NCBI GenBank assembly: GCA_965248695.1
Contig: CBDFKD010000002.1
Location: forward strand, 5,216,001-5,280,000
Length of the DNA: 64,000 bases
From: Acidobacteriota bacterium
GTDB lineage: Bacteria > Acidobacteriota > UBA890 > WLXD01
Direction: 5' to 3'
How positions within the stretch are numbered: position 1 is the stretch's first letter; each line of letters starts with the position of its first letter. The position numbers and the translations under genes were made by a program. Positions 35,431 to 46,140 of the stretch are shown in pieces. A model generated the notes under the pieces. It saw only the letters and a program-made list of their open reading frames with translations, searched no databases and was not told the origin of the DNA.

Positions 35431-35519
35431 CACTTCCTCCTTCGTCCCCGGTCCGCCCCGCCGCAACACACAATCAGGGCGGCAATCGACCAGTTGACGC
35501 GTCGGCGCCCAGTGGCGCC

Positions 35520-36065
35520 CTATTGTGGCTGGATCTGAATGTCCTTGAGGTCGGCGAACTCGGTGCCGAGCTCATGCTCGCCGGCCGGAAACTCGTTCTT
35601 GTTGAAGATAAACGCCACCACGTCGGCGTACTCCTCGCGGGTGAGACGGCGTGACGCCGATGGCGGCATCGTCGTACGAATCCTCTCGTATAGGTCGCCG
35701 ACCGACATGCGACCCCATTTCGACATGAAGCTCTCTCCGGCGAGCGCGGGGATCACCACACCACCCCGTAGCGTCGGTGTGTGGCAACTCTGGCATGCTC
35801 GGCGATAGGCGGTCTCGCCGCGATCGCTTTGCTCCACGGTGTAGACACCTTCGCCGACCGAGGCGGGTGCAGGTGCGGTGGCGGCCGGCGGATCTGGCTC
35901 GGCCGGCGGCTCCGGCTCAGAGCGCACGTCGCGCGACTCCATCTCAGGTGCGGCGGGCGGTGCGGGTGTCGCGGCAGGAGGCTGCGAAGACGCGCACCCC
36001 AGGGTTCCCATGAGGATTGCGGCGGTCGCCAGGTACAACGCGTTCGTACGGAATTGCTTGCGCAT
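35520..36065 (-). CDS. Monoheme cytochrome c lipoprotein
   Basis: CQSCH, distal 'TMPP' and lipobox TLGC. Confidence 0.88.
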   Translation of the reverse strand: MRKQFRTNALYLATAAILMGTLGCASSQPPAATPAPPAAPEMESRDVRSEPEPPAEPDPPAATAPAPASVGEGVYTVEQSDRGETAYRRACQSCHTPTLRGGVVIPALAGESFMSKWGRMSVGDLYERIRTTMPPSASRRLTREEYADVVAFIFNKNEFPAGEHELGTEFADLKDIQIQPQ

Positions 36066-36120
36066 GAGTTCGCTGTCCAACCTTTCGTCTCGTGAATAGA
36101 TCGATCGGGGCGGCGCCATT

Positions 36121-38121
36121 TCAGGTGCGCTCGGCCCAAGGATACTGGAACTCTGGCCGGATCACGTCAGTCAGGAGCTCCTGCACGGCGCGGTGGGCCT
36201 GGTCGAAGGCGGCGGAGGTCAGAGATACGGCGGCGGCGTCAGAGTTCGCGATCGTGATCCGACCGAAACGCTTGCGTCCGACGACGAAGGGCGCCTCGTC
36301 GTAGCCCCACTCCGGGTCGTACAGGTCGTTGGGCGCACCGGCATAGCCATGCGGCCAGCGGTTGACGGTGATCGACTCGATGTCACGCGCCGGATCGAAC
36401 CCACCGTTTGCGAGCGCCCGCCCGAGCTGGTCGCGGACGTTGCGCTCGAAGGTCTCGAACGTCGTCGCCAGCAGATCCTCGCGCCCGGCGCGGAACTGAT
36501 CTCGCGCCGGTAAGCCCGGCATGATCGGCACTCTCTGCATGTGGATAACCATCGGCTCTTCGGGCCCTTCGGCGCGCTTGTAGTCGCCGAGGCTGGTGCC
36601 CCAATCGAGCATGATGGATTGGTGGTAGGAGCCCGGGCTGGTGATGCTCGAGACCCCAAGCTCGTGGAACGAGGTCCAGTTACGCACCAGAACGTTGGTG
36701 TAGACGTACGGTTTGCGGACCGCGAGCTTGAGCGCCGCGCGCTGCTCGTCGGGGATCTCCGGACAGAGGTAGGGAACCACGGCGTTGTAGCAGGCCATGA
36801 CGCAGGCCCCCGTGCGCGCGCGGTACGTCTTGCCATCCTGCACGTAGGTCACCTGTACCTCGTCGGCCGAGCGCCGGTCGCCGGCATGGCGCGCGTTCAC
36901 GACCGTGCTGTTGAGGCGGATGCGGACGTCGTTAGTGTCGCGATCCAGCGTGTCGTAGCGGACCCGGGTGGCGACAGAGTCCTCCATCGTCGAGCCCGGC
37001 AATGCGTCGGGTATCAGCCAGCGGACGATGAGGCGCGCGATGCCGGCGTTGCCGTCCGGGAAGTGGATGCCCTCGAGCGGGTTGTCGACGCCGGCGGCAT
37101 CCAGCCAGTTGGTTGGTGGCCTTTCCAGCCCGAGACCGTCGAATCCCGGCACCCAACCGGAACGGAACGCACCGTAGGCGCTGATGCTGTCGATGCCGGC
37201 GGCGCCATTGTGGTCGATGCTGTAGCGCAAGTAATCAATAACCTGCGGGTCGACCTTGACCAGGTCGAGCAGGTAGCGCTCATAGCTCATCGTGCGCAGC
37301 CGGTCCACCTTGTCCTCAGGCGACAGGCCTGGCAAGTAATCGACGGCGTCCTCGTAGAGGCGGGCGATGTCCTTCTTGGTCGTATCGGCGAGCGGCGTCG
37401 CAGCTAAGAATTCTGTCCAGCTCACCGTCGAGGTGCTGTCGCCACCAAAGCTGCCCCCTGGGGTTCCGACCACCAGGCGGTCGTCACCGAAGGTCTCACG
37501 ATCGAAGAAGACCCCCTCCTGTAGGCCATATCTGCCGAGAATGCTGGCACCGTCCGGATTCTGGGCATGGAATCGCTCGGCGTCGAGCCCGATGTCATCA
37601 AACAGCGCCACTCCCTCCGGGGTATAGGCACCGGTGATGAACATCGTGCCGCCGTAGCCGATGATCTGCCGATCCCCGACCATGTACTCGTTGCGCTTGG
37701 CGTGACCGCCGAAGTCGTCGTGGTTGTCGAGCACCAGAACCTTCGACTCCGGCAGCGCCTTGCGGAAGTAGTAGGCCGCTGCCAAACCGCTGAGGCCGCC
37801 ACCGACGACGATGAGATCGTAGGACTCGCCGGTCTCCTCGGCGTCGTCCCAGGTCTTGCCGTAGCGCATTTCATGCGCCGCCTCGAACGAGCCCGGGTGG
37901 CTGCCCCGCATGCCGGTGAGCTTCGGCGGGTAGTACTCGCCAGAGCTGAACGCCCCAGGACCCTGACGGCGCGCGAGGGTTGGCTCCGCATGTGCCGTTG
38001 TGGCTCCCGTTGCCATGGTGCCGAGAGCGCCGGCGCCGCCAATGGCGATGCTGGCGCCGTTGAGAAAATCTCGGCGGCTGATGTCGCGCAACATTCCGAG
38101 CTCGCGGTCAGACTTCTTCAT
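36121..38121 (-). CDS. Tat-exported FAD oxidoreductase, spermidine dehydrogenase (SpdH)-like
   Basis: SRRDFL Tat motif; 'YYPP.LTGMRGSHPGSFE.AH', GGGLSG, 'NHDDFGGHAKRNE' and 'VNRWPHGYA'. Confidence 0.85.
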   Translation of the reverse strand: MKKSDRELGMLRDISRRDFLNGASIAIGGAGALGTMATGATTAHAEPTLARRQGPGAFSSGEYYPPKLTGMRGSHPGSFEAAHEMRYGKTWDDAEETGESYDLIVVGGGLSGLAAAYYFRKALPESKVLVLDNHDDFGGHAKRNEYMVGDRQIIGYGGTMFITGAYTPEGVALFDDIGLDAERFHAQNPDGASILGRYGLQEGVFFDRETFGDDRLVVGTPGGSFGGDSTSTVSWTEFLAATPLADTTKKDIARLYEDAVDYLPGLSPEDKVDRLRTMSYERYLLDLVKVDPQVIDYLRYSIDHNGAAGIDSISAYGAFRSGWVPGFDGLGLERPPTNWLDAAGVDNPLEGIHFPDGNAGIARLIVRWLIPDALPGSTMEDSVATRVRYDTLDRDTNDVRIRLNSTVVNARHAGDRRSADEVQVTYVQDGKTYRARTGACVMACYNAVVPYLCPEIPDEQRAALKLAVRKPYVYTNVLVRNWTSFHELGVSSITSPGSYHQSIMLDWGTSLGDYKRAEGPEEPMVIHMQRVPIMPGLPARDQFRAGREDLLATTFETFERNVRDQLGRALANGGFDPARDIESITVNRWPHGYAGAPNDLYDPEWGYDEAPFVVGRKRFGRITIANSDAAAVSLTSAAFDQAHRAVQELLTDVIRPEFQYPWAERT

Positions 38122-38285
38122 GTTCCGTTCTCCTCAGGCGATAGATGCGTGGGCGGCGCTTGCAGCAGACCAGCTGCGCGCCGGCGCCGGGGCGAATTCT
38201 GGCACATTTCCGTTCCGCCCTCACCGGTCGCGAGGCCGCTCTTGCCGGTCGGGCAAGATGCAACCGTCCTGACTCTGTTCCCGCG

Positions 38286-39125
38286 CTAGGCGGTTCGACC
38301 GTAGAACAGCCGTTGCACCTCGGCGCTGTTGCGGACGCCGGGCTCGCTCTTGTAGCAGAGCACCGCCACATAGCGCGTCACGCGGCCAGCGACGGGCGAA
38401 ACACGGTGCAGAGCCCGGTGTCCCTCGAACATCACCAAGGTGCCCGGCGGTGCTTCGAGGGTACAGACGTCGCTCGTGTCACCGGCGAGGATCTTGCCCA
38501 CGGCCTCGTACTCCTCACCGTTCGTTCCTCGCAGCCCAGGCACATATTCGAACTCACCGCCCGCCAGGGGCGCCTGCAGCATGAGGGTGATAGTGGTTTC
38601 GGACTCGTCGAAATGCCACCCGTGATTCTGGCCCTCGTCCATGACGTTGATGGTCAATGCGGCGAGCGGGTCGCCCATGCGAAACATCGGTACATCGGAG
38701 GTCGCCGCGGCCAGGAATTCGGTCAACGTGTCCCACTCGTACAGCTCCCTGAGCGCATGGCCGGCGGTGATCTGGTCGTAGGCGATCGACTTCAGATGCG
38801 TCCTCTGAGGCCGAACTCGAGGGTGATCCGACGACAGGGACTCGTCGTCCGGCTCCAGGTAGGCATTGTGGGTCTTGTCGCACCGATACGCGTCGCCGAC
38901 CACCTCGTCTATCTGCGCTGCCATGAGCGCCGTGGCCGCCGGGGTGAGAAACTCCGGCAGAAGGCATACCCCGTTTTCGGCCAGCTGGCCACGGCAACTC
39001 TGCACCAGACGCCGGCCTTGTTCCGACGCTGGTCTATCGATCGGGTAGAGTGCGATGTCGACCAGGGTCGCCGGAGCCGCGGAGCGACGTGCACCCTTCG
39101 GTTGCGCAGTGGAACTCATATCCAT
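38286..39125 (-). CDS. Fe(II)/2OG oxygenase (HalD/BesD-related fold, hydroxylase-type HxD)
   Basis: 'GWHFD', 'GGEFEY' and 'LHRVSPV...R'. Confidence 0.8.
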   Translation of the reverse strand: MDMSSTAQPKGARRSAAPATLVDIALYPIDRPASEQGRRLVQSCRGQLAENGVCLLPEFLTPAATALMAAQIDEVVGDAYRCDKTHNAYLEPDDESLSSDHPRVRPQRTHLKSIAYDQITAGHALRELYEWDTLTEFLAAATSDVPMFRMGDPLAALTINVMDEGQNHGWHFDESETTITLMLQAPLAGGEFEYVPGLRGTNGEEYEAVGKILAGDTSDVCTLEAPPGTLVMFEGHRALHRVSPVAGRVTRYVAVLCYKSEPGVRNSAEVQRLFYGRTA

Positions 39126-39191
39126 TCCTCCGTACTCGAAGCCGGATCATCGCATACGGTCCACGGCAGGTGGGCACAGAGAGCGACGGCG

Positions 39192-40262
39192 ATGAAGGAT
39201 ACGGCGATTGTCCTAGCGAACGGGCTCTTCGAGACTTCGTGGGCGAAGACCGCCCACGGTCTCGTGCGCGGGCCGTGCCGGTACGAGATCGGTGGCCTGG
39301 TCGATCCCAGCTGCGCCGGCGCCGACGCGGGGGAGCTGCTGGACGGGCGCCATCGCGGGATTCCGATATTCAACTCGGTTCAAGACTCGCTCGACGCGCT
39401 GCCCGCCAAGCCGGCCTTCTGTGTCGTCGGGATCGCCACGGAAGGCGGGGTGATTCCGCCGCCGCTGCACACGTCGCTGTTGACCGCAGCGACGGCCGGC
39501 GTCTCGTTGGTGAGCGGCTTGCATCGGTTCCTCGCCGACGATCCCGAAATCGCCACCGCTGCGACGGCGAGCGGCGCCACGATCGTGGATATTCGCAGGC
39601 CGCGTCCGACACCCGAGCTTCACTTCTGGGAGGGACTGATCCGCCAGGTGCGGGCGCCACGCGTCGCCGTTCTGGGAACCGACTGCGCCCTCGGCAAGCG
39701 CACGACCGCAGCATTGCTCGCCACTGCGCTCAACACGCTCGGCACCAATGCCGAGATGATCTACACCGGACAGACAGGCTGGCTGTCGGGCCAGAAGCAC
39801 GGCTTCATTCTCGACGCCACGCTCAACGACTTCGTGTCCGGCGAGCTGGAACGCGTCATCGTCGACTGCGATCGAGATGAGCAACCGGATGTGATCTTGC
39901 TCGAAGGACAATCGGCGCTCCGCAATCCGACCGGCCCTTGCGGCTCAGAGCTCATCATCTCCGGGGCCGCGAGCGGCGTCGTCCTGCAGCACGCGCCCGC
40001 CCGCGAATCGTTCGACGGCTACGAGCACGTCGACTGCCCGATCCCGCCGCTGGCAGAGGAGATCGAGCTCATCCGCCTGCTGGGGTCGCAAGTGTGGGCG
40101 CTGACCTTGAACCATGACGGCCTGTCGCCGTCGCGATGCGACGAGATACGAAGTGAGCTGACGGATCGCCATCAGCTACCGGTGGCGTTCCCACTCCTCG
40201 ATGGGGTGGAGGGGATCGCAGCAACCATCAAACGCCGTCTTGAACAACTAGCGACGGGCTGA
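39192..40262 (+). CDS. DUF1611-family P-loop protein
   Basis: 'AKTAHGL', 'GLH', 'GTDCALGKRTT', 'TGQTG' and 'EGQSAL'. Confidence 0.88.
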   Translation: MKDTAIVLANGLFETSWAKTAHGLVRGPCRYEIGGLVDPSCAGADAGELLDGRHRGIPIFNSVQDSLDALPAKPAFCVVGIATEGGVIPPPLHTSLLTAATAGVSLVSGLHRFLADDPEIATAATASGATIVDIRRPRPTPELHFWEGLIRQVRAPRVAVLGTDCALGKRTTAALLATALNTLGTNAEMIYTGQTGWLSGQKHGFILDATLNDFVSGELERVIVDCDRDEQPDVILLEGQSALRNPTGPCGSELIISGAASGVVLQHAPARESFDGYEHVDCPIPPLAEEIELIRLLGSQVWALTLNHDGLSPSRCDEIRSELTDRHQLPVAFPLLDGVEGIAATIKRRLEQLATG

Positions 40263-40273
40263 GGTGTCCCGGC

Positions 40274-41572
40274 CTATGGGCCGGACGCCCGCACCAGGTC
40301 GATAATCGCATCGACCTCGGCAGGAGCGCGGATGGGCCTGTTGGCCCGCCGAGGTTCGATACCCTCGATCTCTCCGCGATGATAGTTCACTACCGCGTCG
40401 GGGTCCTTCAGCAGATGACCGGTGAGGATGCCGCAGACGTTGGCCGCAGCATCGATGACGCCCGCGGCGACTAGCTTGCGTGCCCCGGCGACGGTGGCGC
40501 ATGAGGCCGGCTCTGCTCCGATGCCTGCTGCATCGACCACCGCCTTGGCATCGAGGATTTCCTGATCGCTCACTTCCTCCACGACACCATCGCAGGCGGC
40601 AAGTCCGCGCAGGCTCTTACGCCACGACACCGGGTTGCCGATCCGGATGGCGGTGGCGAGGGTTTCGGCGTTGACGACGGGTCGGACCGCGGTGCCGTCC
40701 CGGAAGGCGCGATACAGGGGGTTGGCGCCTGCCGCTTGGATCACCGCGATGCGCGGTAGACGATCGATGAGGCCGAGTTCGAGCAGCTCGCTCATCCCCT
40801 TGGCGATGGCGGAGTTGTTACCCAGACCTCCGCCCGGCAGCACGATCCAATCGGGCACCGTCCAATCGAGGTCCTGTAATAGCTCGAAGCCAATCGCCTT
40901 CTGCCCCTCGATGCGGAACGGGTTGATCGAGTTGAGCAAATAGATGTTCTCGGTCGTGCATATCTGCTGAACGATCTCCATGGCGCGGTCGAAATCACCG
41001 GCCAGCTGGATGGTCGTGGCGCCGTATGCCAGAGCCTGAGAAAGCTTGCCGTAAGAGATCTTGCCGTCGGGTATGAAAACGTACGCTTGCATGCCCGCCT
41101 GCGCCGCGTAGGCCGCCAGCGAGGCCGAGGTGTTGCCGGTCGACGCGCACGCGACACGGCGCATCCCGAGCATCCTGGCCACGGTAACTCCGACCGTCAT
41201 ACCGCGGTCCTTGAACGAGCCGGTGGGGTTCTCGCCCTCGTGCTTGAGGCCGATGGAATCCAGCCCGGCGTATCGTGCGATTGCGTCCGAGTAGTAGAGG
41301 TTGGTGTTGCCCTCCGGCTTGGTAACCGGGATCTCGGCATCTACGGGCAAGATCAGCTCGCGGAAACGCCACACTCCGGAGCGATCAACGGCCAGCTTGG
41401 ATGCGAGTCGACGATCGAACGTATCGACGGAGATCGGTGCCGGGCTGGCAGCGAAATCGTGCACGACATCGAGCGTCCCCCCTTCGTCCGAGCGATAGCG
41501 CGGCTCGAGCCCGTCGTAGCTGGTGCCGGTATCCACGCAGCGGAGCGACCAGGGCAGCTTGGCGGCGATCAC
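40274..41572 (-). CDS. thrC: Threonine synthase
   Basis: 'NPTGSFKDRG', 'CASTGNTSAS', 'EPAS' and 'LTGHLLKDP'. Confidence 0.93.
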   Translation of the reverse strand: MIAAKLPWSLRCVDTGTSYDGLEPRYRSDEGGTLDVVHDFAASPAPISVDTFDRRLASKLAVDRSGVWRFRELILPVDAEIPVTKPEGNTNLYYSDAIARYAGLDSIGLKHEGENPTGSFKDRGMTVGVTVARMLGMRRVACASTGNTSASLAAYAAQAGMQAYVFIPDGKISYGKLSQALAYGATTIQLAGDFDRAMEIVQQICTTENIYLLNSINPFRIEGQKAIGFELLQDLDWTVPDWIVLPGGGLGNNSAIAKGMSELLELGLIDRLPRIAVIQAAGANPLYRAFRDGTAVRPVVNAETLATAIRIGNPVSWRKSLRGLAACDGVVEEVSDQEILDAKAVVDAAGIGAEPASCATVAGARKLVAAGVIDAAANVCGILTGHLLKDPDAVVNYHRGEIEGIEPRRANRPIRAPAEVDAIIDLVRASGP

Positions 41573-41590
41573 GATGCGGCGGCCTCCAGG

Positions 41591-42517
41591 TCAAACACGG
41601 CGAGCTCCGGGACAGTCAGCAGGGGAAACGTGCGTGGTCGAAGCAAGGTCAACGGCTGCGAATGCTGCCGCCATCGCCTTGCCGGCCCGCTCTGCCGCGT
41701 CGGGCGAATCAGTGAGAGCCAGTATGGTCGGCCCCCCGCCGCTGATCGAGCTGCCGATAGCGCCCGCCTCCGCAGCAGCGCGCAGCGCGTCGAGGCCGCC
41801 CGGGATGAGCTCGGCGCGCGCCGGACCGACGATCTCGTCGGCCATGCACACCCCGAGGCGCTCGACATCGCCCGAGTGGCAGGCACTTACAAGGGCAGCG
41901 AGATTGGCGCCGTTGCGGACCATCGCCTGCAGGGGAACCTCTGTCGGGAGCACCTCACGCGCCCGTCGGGTCGAAACCTCGATGGCGGGTGTCGTGCAAG
42001 CCACATACAGGCCGGGAGGGATCGGCAGGCGAACCAAGTCGACCGGATCCACCGAGCGCACCAGCACGAGGCCGCCGACCAGCGCCGGCGCGACGTTGTC
42101 GGCGTGACGCCCGGAAACCGCCGCCTCTGCCTCGACGCAGGCAGCAACGAGGGCGATCTCGTCAAGCGGAGAGCCCAAGAGGAGGTTGACGGCGAACGCG
42201 GCCGCAGCAGCGCTGGCCGCTGAGCTACCGAGGCCTGAGCCGATGGGCATGTTCTTGTCGACTTCCAGCTCGATGGCCACGGCCGCGCCGGCCTTCCTAA
42301 GTGTGGCCAGGGCCGCGATGCCGGCGGTGTTGTGTTTTGCATCGATCGGGAGGGAGCCTCCGTCTCCACGCACGGCGACGATCTCGACTCCCGGCGTTCC
42401 GTCGGTGCTCAAGCGTGCGCCGACCGTGTCGCCGGGCGCATCCAGTGCCAGGCCGAGCACGTCGAATCCGGGCCCCAGATTGGCCACCGTGGCTGGCGCG
42501 AACACGCGCACGTTCAT
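41591..42517 (-). CDS. thrB: Homoserine kinase
   Basis: 'PATVANLGPGFDVLG', 'PIGSGLGSSAAS', 'HADNVAP' and 'SGGGPT'. Confidence 0.94.
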   Translation of the reverse strand: MNVRVFAPATVANLGPGFDVLGLALDAPGDTVGARLSTDGTPGVEIVAVRGDGGSLPIDAKHNTAGIAALATLRKAGAAVAIELEVDKNMPIGSGLGSSAASAAAAAFAVNLLLGSPLDEIALVAACVEAEAAVSGRHADNVAPALVGGLVLVRSVDPVDLVRLPIPPGLYVACTTPAIEVSTRRAREVLPTEVPLQAMVRNGANLAALVSACHSGDVERLGVCMADEIVGPARAELIPGGLDALRAAAEAGAIGSSISGGGPTILALTDSPDAAERAGKAMAAAFAAVDLASTTHVSPADCPGARRV

Positions 42518-42685
42518 GTCAGTCGAACTCCGCTTCGAGTCCCGGCGCCCCTTCGTCTTCGGAGAGTCCGTCACCGCGATCAGTGTCGACCAAGAGCCTG
42601 TCGCCGACACGGATCCGATCAGACTATCCTGTTTGGGCTGAGCGATCCGTGACCGTAGCCGCGTGAGGACATCGGGGTCGATGGG

Positions 42686-43744
42686 ATGAGTGAGACCAAG
42701 AAGGGACTCGTCGCCCGACTCGACGCCGACGGCGTGATCTGCGCCGAGGGCTACGTTTTCGAGCTCGAGCGGCGCGGGTACCTCCAAGCCGGGGGCTTCG
42801 TGCCGGAGGTGGTGCTGGAGTTTCCGGACACCGTCAGGCAACTGCACCGCGAGCTCGTACGGGCCGGCTCCGACGTCATCGAGGCGCTGACCTATTACGC
42901 GCACCGCGAGAAGCTGTGCAGCATCGGCAAGGAAGAGCTTCTGGAGCCGATACAGCGTCGAGCGCTGGAGCTGGCTTTCGAGGTTGCTTCGGAGTTTCCC
43001 GACGCTGCGCCGCTGGTCGCCGGGAACATCTGCAACACCAACGTCTGGGTCGATGCGAGCTCCGACCGTGAGGTGCGCGCGATGTTCGACGAACAGATCG
43101 AATGGGCCCTGGAAGCGGGCGTGGACTTCATCATCGGCGAGACGTTCGCACACTGCGGCGAAGCCGAGCTGGCCGCCAGAGCCATCAAGGCGGCAGGCTT
43201 ACCGGCAGTGGTCACCTGCGCCCTGCACGAGGATCCGGAGATGCGCGATGGCGTGTCGATCGATGACACTGCGCGGCGGCTGGAGCAAGCCGGCGCAGAC
43301 GTGGTCGGATTGAACTGTTGCCGTGGCCCGACGACGATGTTGCCGGTGGGCAAGAGGATCCGGGCAGCGGTCTCGTGCCATGTTGCGTTGCTCCCGGTGC
43401 CGTACCGGACCACGGCGGGCAGCGAATCGATCCAGTCTCTCGCCGACGCTGCCTGCGACTGCATTCCGGACGATCGACCGTTTCCAGTGGCGCTGGATCC
43501 TTTTGCGTGCAACCGGTATGAGATGGCGAGGTTCGCGCGCCAAGCGCGCGAGCTCGACATCCGGTACCTCGGCGTCTGCTGCGGCGGTGCGCCGCATCAT
43601 GTTCGCGCCATGGCCGAGGCCCTCGGCCGGCGGCCGCCTGCGAGCCGGTTCTCACCCGATATGTCGAGGCACTATTCGCTCGGCGACGCCGACTCGGCCA
43701 GCGCGTCGAATCGTGGATTCGTCGACGGGCTCAAGACAAGCTGA
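42686..43744 (+). CDS. Homocysteine S-methyltransferase (betaine-homocysteine MT-like)
   Basis: 'EGYVFELERRGY..AG.FVPE'; zinc ligands 'GLNC' and 'GVCCG'. Confidence 0.88.
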   Translation: MSETKKGLVARLDADGVICAEGYVFELERRGYLQAGGFVPEVVLEFPDTVRQLHRELVRAGSDVIEALTYYAHREKLCSIGKEELLEPIQRRALELAFEVASEFPDAAPLVAGNICNTNVWVDASSDREVRAMFDEQIEWALEAGVDFIIGETFAHCGEAELAARAIKAAGLPAVVTCALHEDPEMRDGVSIDDTARRLEQAGADVVGLNCCRGPTTMLPVGKRIRAAVSCHVALLPVPYRTTAGSESIQSLADAACDCIPDDRPFPVALDPFACNRYEMARFARQARELDIRYLGVCCGGAPHHVRAMAEALGRRPPASRFSPDMSRHYSLGDADSASASNRGFVDGLKTS

Positions 43745-43754
43745 CCGGAGGCCA

Positions 43755-45029
43755 CTAGGAAGCTGGTTGTCGGTCTGATCTCTGGCACTTTATGAGATAC
43801 GCCAGGACAAAGAAGGCGATGGTGCCGAGAGCGGTGATAACTGCCAGAAAGGCGAAGAAGTTCTGGTGCCCGCCGACGCCCGGCGAATAGTCGAGGATTC
43901 GGCCCGCGATCGATGCGAAGAAGATCTCCGGCGTGAAACCAACCATCGAGATCACGCCAACCGCCGTCCCCGTACGATGGCTCGGGATGTCGGTTTCCTC
44001 CAGCAGAGCAAAGTAGATTCCGCGAAGGCCGAACGCACCGGCATAGGTCACGAACAAGTTGCCGTAGATAACGGCGATCAGGCCAGCTGACGGCGTCGAG
44101 GCCGCAAGGGCCATGTAGCTGATCGTCAGCGCCATGAATAGCCCGCCGAGGGTTCGCCTGGCTGTGAAGCGGTCGGCCAAGAATCCGGCACTGATGGCGG
44201 CGAGCACCCGGATGTAGGCTGCGCTGGCGGTGAACTGGGCCGCCCCGAGCTCGCTCATGTCGAGCACTTCGACGGCGTACAGCGAGTAGTTGTCCAGACC
44301 CTTGTAGGCGCAATACGCACACACGACGATGGTCGCCTGAGCCCAGACGACCGGCAGACGCATGATCTCCCGCAGCGCCGGCAGCGGATTGCCGCGCCCA
44401 GCTCTCGAATCGGCACCGGAGTCGGGTATGAAGATCAATGCCAGGGCACCGGCCAGCATCGTCATCGCGGTGTAGAAATAGATCACCGCCCGCAGCGCGG
44501 CGATCCGGTCCGCGGAAGTAATCTCGGCCACCTCACGTGGGAGAAAGAGGCCGAAGCACACCACCGCAAGGCTCGCCATGGCAGCGGCGGCGAGTCCGCG
44601 GCCGCCATCGAGCAGGCCGAACGCGCGTCCCTGCGCTGCGCCTCCACCCCATTCCCGCGTCGCCCGGATCAGCGCCGCCCACAAGAAGAGAATGGTCGTT
44701 GCTCCCCAGTAGCCGAACAGGATCGTGGTGCCGGTGTGGCCGGGAATGGTTGCCATGTAGAAGCCGCCGGCGCCGGTGCTGAACAGCGAGGCTGCGACCA
44801 GCTTGCGTGCGGAGAAGCGGTCCGCCAGCGGTCCGCCCAGAAAGTAGGAGACCATCGCGGTGATGCCATAGACGGCGAAAGCATCACCAAGCTGGGTGTT
44901 TGAGAACGCGAACACCTCGAGCGTGGTGGCGCGGAAGTACCTGGCGACATGAAACGGAAGCGAGAAGGCTGCCTCTCCGGCCAGGATCAGAACACCGAGG
45001 ACCAGGTAGCGATTGCTTGAGGCAGGCAA
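43755..45029 (-). CDS. MFS transporter (start uncertain)
   Basis: About 12 hydrophobic segments; motif A 'GGPLADRFSARK' repeated as 'AGFLADRFTARR'. Confidence 0.88.
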   Translation of the reverse strand: MPASSNRYLVLGVLILAGEAAFSLPFHVARYFRATTLEVFAFSNTQLGDAFAVYGITAMVSYFLGGPLADRFSARKLVAASLFSTGAGGFYMATIPGHTGTTILFGYWGATTILFLWAALIRATREWGGGAAQGRAFGLLDGGRGLAAAAMASLAVVCFGLFLPREVAEITSADRIAALRAVIYFYTAMTMLAGALALIFIPDSGADSRAGRGNPLPALREIMRLPVVWAQATIVVCAYCAYKGLDNYSLYAVEVLDMSELGAAQFTASAAYIRVLAAISAGFLADRFTARRTLGGLFMALTISYMALAASTPSAGLIAVIYGNLFVTYAGAFGLRGIYFALLEETDIPSHRTGTAVGVISMVGFTPEIFFASIAGRILDYSPGVGGHQNFFAFLAVITALGTIAFFVLAYLIKCQRSDRQPAS

Positions 45030-45233
45030 CTCTTGTATCGCCCTTTTCGCTGGGAGCGCGCCGCCTCGACCGATCTGGCGCGGGCGGCTGTCGTCCGCAC
45101 CGCGCCCGATCGAAACACGGGCGCTCGTTGACTTGTCGTCTGTGACGATGGTACCTGTAGGTCGGATACTACGCACGAGCGCGCACCTCGGTACGTTCCG
45201 GGTCGTGCGGAGACGCTCCACGGGAGAATCGAT

Positions 45234-46073
45234 GTGAGGACTCGGTGGGCCCTGGCCGTGTTGGCGGTCACCGCTGCGAGCACGGGGGGGACGGCGATCT
45301 TCGCCGGCCAACTTCCAATGGAACCGGTTCCGAGATCGGGCGGTGGGGTCACGCCGGTCTTCGAGGGTTGGTACGTGAATGCCGATGGCACCCGGACGCT
45401 CTCGTTCGGCTACTTCAACCGGAATTCGGAGGAGATCGTCGAAATCCCGGTCGGTGCGAACAATGGGTTCGAGACGGGCGAGGTCGATCGAGGTCAGCCG
45501 ACCTATTTCCTGCCGCGCCGCAACTGGGGCGTATTTGGCGTCAAGGTGCCGGCGGACTTCGGTTCGCAGCGGCTTATCTGGACGATCGTCATTCGCGGCA
45601 AGACGTACTCGATTCCTGGACACCTCGAGCGCGGCTACTACATCGACGCGCTCGAAGGCGAAGCGGGGGCAGAGAACACTCCGCCGGTCATCAAGTTCAA
45701 CCCGGATGGACCGGAAGCCCGGGGCCCCGGCGGGATATTCGGCCCGCCGCTGACCATCAGCGCCGACGCTCCGATCAACCTCACGATCTGGGCTTCCGAC
45801 GATGCCCGCACCGAGTCGTGGCGCCGCCAGCCGGCAGACTCGCTGCACATCACCTGGTACAAGCACCAGGGTCCGGGCGACGTGTCGTTCAGCAACGCGG
45901 CCCCTGAAGTGGATCGAGCGGCCGGCGGCAAGGCCACCACGACGGCTAGATTCAGTGATCCCGGCCGGTACACACTGCGCGTGCTTGCCAACGACGTCTC
46001 GGGTACCTACGCCGCCGGCCACGCGCAATGCTGCTGGACGAACTCGTTTGTTCGCGTCACGGTGACCCCGTGA
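45234..46073 (+). CDS. Exported hypothetical protein with a C-terminal PKD/Ig-like domain
   Basis: Signal peptide; 'PVFEGWY.N.DG...FGYFNRN' and 'FSDPGRYTLRV.AND'. Confidence 0.75.
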   Translation: MRTRWALAVLAVTAASTGGTAIFAGQLPMEPVPRSGGGVTPVFEGWYVNADGTRTLSFGYFNRNSEEIVEIPVGANNGFETGEVDRGQPTYFLPRRNWGVFGVKVPADFGSQRLIWTIVIRGKTYSIPGHLERGYYIDALEGEAGAENTPPVIKFNPDGPEARGPGGIFGPPLTISADAPINLTIWASDDARTESWRRQPADSLHITWYKHQGPGDVSFSNAAPEVDRAAGGKATTTARFSDPGRYTLRVLANDVSGTYAAGHAQCCWTNSFVRVTVTP

Positions 46074-46140
46074 GATTCGCATGCCGGCGCGCCCGCGGCC
46101 TTATAATCCGCACCACGGCGAACCCAGCAAGGAGCCTCTC

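Noticed and set aside
38286-39125. BesD-type radical halogenase
   Set aside because: The iron motif is HxD (HFD), not the HxG/A of halogenases.
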